Shown here: piece after piece, positions 61,734 to 64,000 of the stretch
Numbering within the stretch: position 1 is the first letter of the stretch
How the letters are laid out: each line of letters opens with the position of its first letter
Assembly: GCF_028641065.1 (NCBI RefSeq)
Contig: NC_073401.1
Span: forward strand, 14,136,001 to 14,200,000
Source of the DNA: Leucoraja erinacea
Lineage: Eukaryota
Direction of reading: 5' to 3'
DNA: 64,000 nucleotides
The notes under the pieces: model-generated
Seen by the model: the letters and a program-made list of their open reading frames with translations, nothing else
Told to the model about the DNA's origin: nothing
Database searches by the model: none
Translations under genes and position numbers: made by a program

Positions 61734-64000
61734 AGTTCACTTGGCACCCACACCTTCTGGCGTATTAAAGGAGTATCTAAAGGGGAATTACTAGATTCAT
61801 GTATTTTAAAATAACAAATCTCTTGGTAAGATTCTGGTTTTAACAAAGCTTCTGACAACGCGGGGAATTCAGACTACCACCTGATCTCCAGGTTTTCATC
61901 TGGAGATTGAGAGTTTCTGTCCGATTTAATTCAGGATAAATGAGCTCTGATACACATATTATTACTATATAATCCAAGTCAACAGGGTCAACCAAGTCCT
62001 GTCACAGGTAGCTTATTTAATTGCTTGCTTTTCCTCATCTAATGCACAAATTCCAGTTAGTAAATAATTTGTTTTATTAACTTTGGGTTTATTATTATTT
62101 GCTATGTTTGACAATGGGACACCCACTTTAGAAAACCTAAACCTTAAAGCAAATTTAAAACAAATTTAAAGCATTTAATTTTAACGGTGGTACAGCTGGT
62201 AGAGCTGCTGCCTCACGGAACCAGACATCCCGATGCTGACCTCGGACTATCTGTGTGGAGTTTGCGTGTTCTCCCTATGACCGCGTAGGTTTCTCCCAGG
62301 TGCTCCGGTTTCCTCCCACATCCCATTAGCCTCTGTAAAATGGCCTCTCGTGTGTAGGGATGAGAAAATGGAATAACAGAACTAGTGTGAATGGGTGTTC
62401 AATAATTGGTCTGGACTCGATGGGCCGAAGGGCATGTTTACACATTGTATCTGCAAACGACACTAAGCTAAAGCCTTCCATTTTTTTTAACGTTACTTTA
62501 ATGCTCTGGCCTCTAGTTACTGGTCCACGCACAGTGAAAAAGTTCTCCCTAAGTTACTGTATCAAAACCCCTCTGAACCCCTCAGCAATTCAGAACTGCT
62601 CTTAGATCTGTCATACTCTGAGCAGAATTAGATTCTCCACGGAACTATAGTTCCCTGTCCTGTTATCGTTCCGGCAAACCCCTCCTTTACCCTTTTCCAA
62701 ACCTTGACATTGTCTTAATTGAAGCTCATGCAAGGTTATAGTTGTGAGAGAAATTGCCCATTCTCCGAAGTATGGGCACTTTCTGCTCCGCACTTGCATC
62801 CATTAGGAACCAGTTCAAGCTCATTAGACCATTGATCATTATTAAATTAATGACTTTCTATCAAATCTCAGCACCCAGTTGTGAAAGGACAGTATTTAAA
62901 CGCCGCTATGCCAGTCTATTCACCCTATTAAGCAGCTCGTGGGCTATTATGTTTGATGGACCTGTAACAGTTCAATATTTTTATGGAGGTTTGTTTTTAG
63001 AATTAATTTAAATGAGCAATAATCTTTATTGCCGATCCCATAAGTGGGCACTTTTTCAATTTTTTAAAATAATAAACTCTTTTACTTGTCGTGTTACTGA
63101 TAGAATAGCAATATTAACAGTTCTACAGCTGCCACTAATTAAGAAATACTGTTCCATTGGAGCCTATTAAATGGAGCACAGTAATGTGTTTTAATTAATT
63201 AATTTCTCTGTTTTAAAAAGATGGGCCTTGCAAAGTAATGTCCAAGAGAACACTAATGCACATAAGCGGCCACATAAAAATAACTCCATTCCCACGAATG
63301 ACACGGTATGAATGAGGTTATTGTTTGTAAACTGTAGATGGGAGCAAGACTGGTAGGGGGGGACACAACGCAATCAGGAAATATGAAGTGGTTAAAATAA
63401 AACCAGACTTTGCTGTAAATGTCCCAAACGTCAAGCTGATTACACAGCCCTAATGTGCTTTTTTTAAAAAGAAGACATATTCCAAGCAGCAGATCATTTT
63501 TAATTTCCTTAAAGACCCAGTTGGGCTTAATGGATACTCAGGCATGTTCACTCATTTATTTAGCGAACGTCTCAGGATATGAAATTTCTGCAGAGAAATT
63601 TAACCAAATATTTGCCCTTGCACCAATGATAAGTCTAAACGAAGCAAGAAAATGGAGAGATGATGAGTTCGACCGACTCAAATCAAAATGGATTTCCCAG
63701 CAAAGAATTGTGTAGAGTGTGCGAGAACAGCTCGTTGTGCCAATCAACCCATGTCGACATTTATGGTTAACTTCAGCTTCCTTTCACACTTTCTAACCTA
63801 TTTTACTCCAAACCTTCTACTCCCTACCTCTTCATATTCCTAACCAGGCATTAACGGCTTCACAATTGGTCACCTCAACCATTGCTTGTGCTGCTGAGTC
63901 GAGCGATGCAGGATGAAAGGCAATGGCTCGGGCAGCAATGCTCGGATGCAGGCGATCCTTACGTTACGGAAGGGGGTGCGCGCTCCCAGTAAACCGTCCG

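Overview
Vertebrate genomic DNA, most likely from a cartilaginous fish (skate/ray-type HE1/V-SINEs and HER1/CR1 LINEs dominate). The window holds the 3' part of a CUX2 (cut-like homeobox 2) gene on the + strand. I trace 15 coding exons from 4824 to the stop at 58872, all with AG/GT borders and compatible phases (3917 nt: coiled-coil region, three CUT repeats, Cut-class homeodomain, C-terminal ...REEPTDWEF). A repeat-free 3' UTR-like tract follows. The introns are packed with transposable elements. Most notable are (i) a structurally complete but ORF-decayed DIRS1-type tyrosine-recombinase retrotransposon (21782-26440) with inverted termini, an internal complementary region and ATT junctions, and (ii) an abundant Penelope-like repeat whose copies carry a minimal hammerhead-ribozyme motif, one copy still attached to a GIY-YIG C-terminal remnant. 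hAT and Harbinger-like MITEs, CR1 and Rex/Babar fragments are also present. Family assignments come from motif recognition, not database searches, and most repeat boundaries are approximate.
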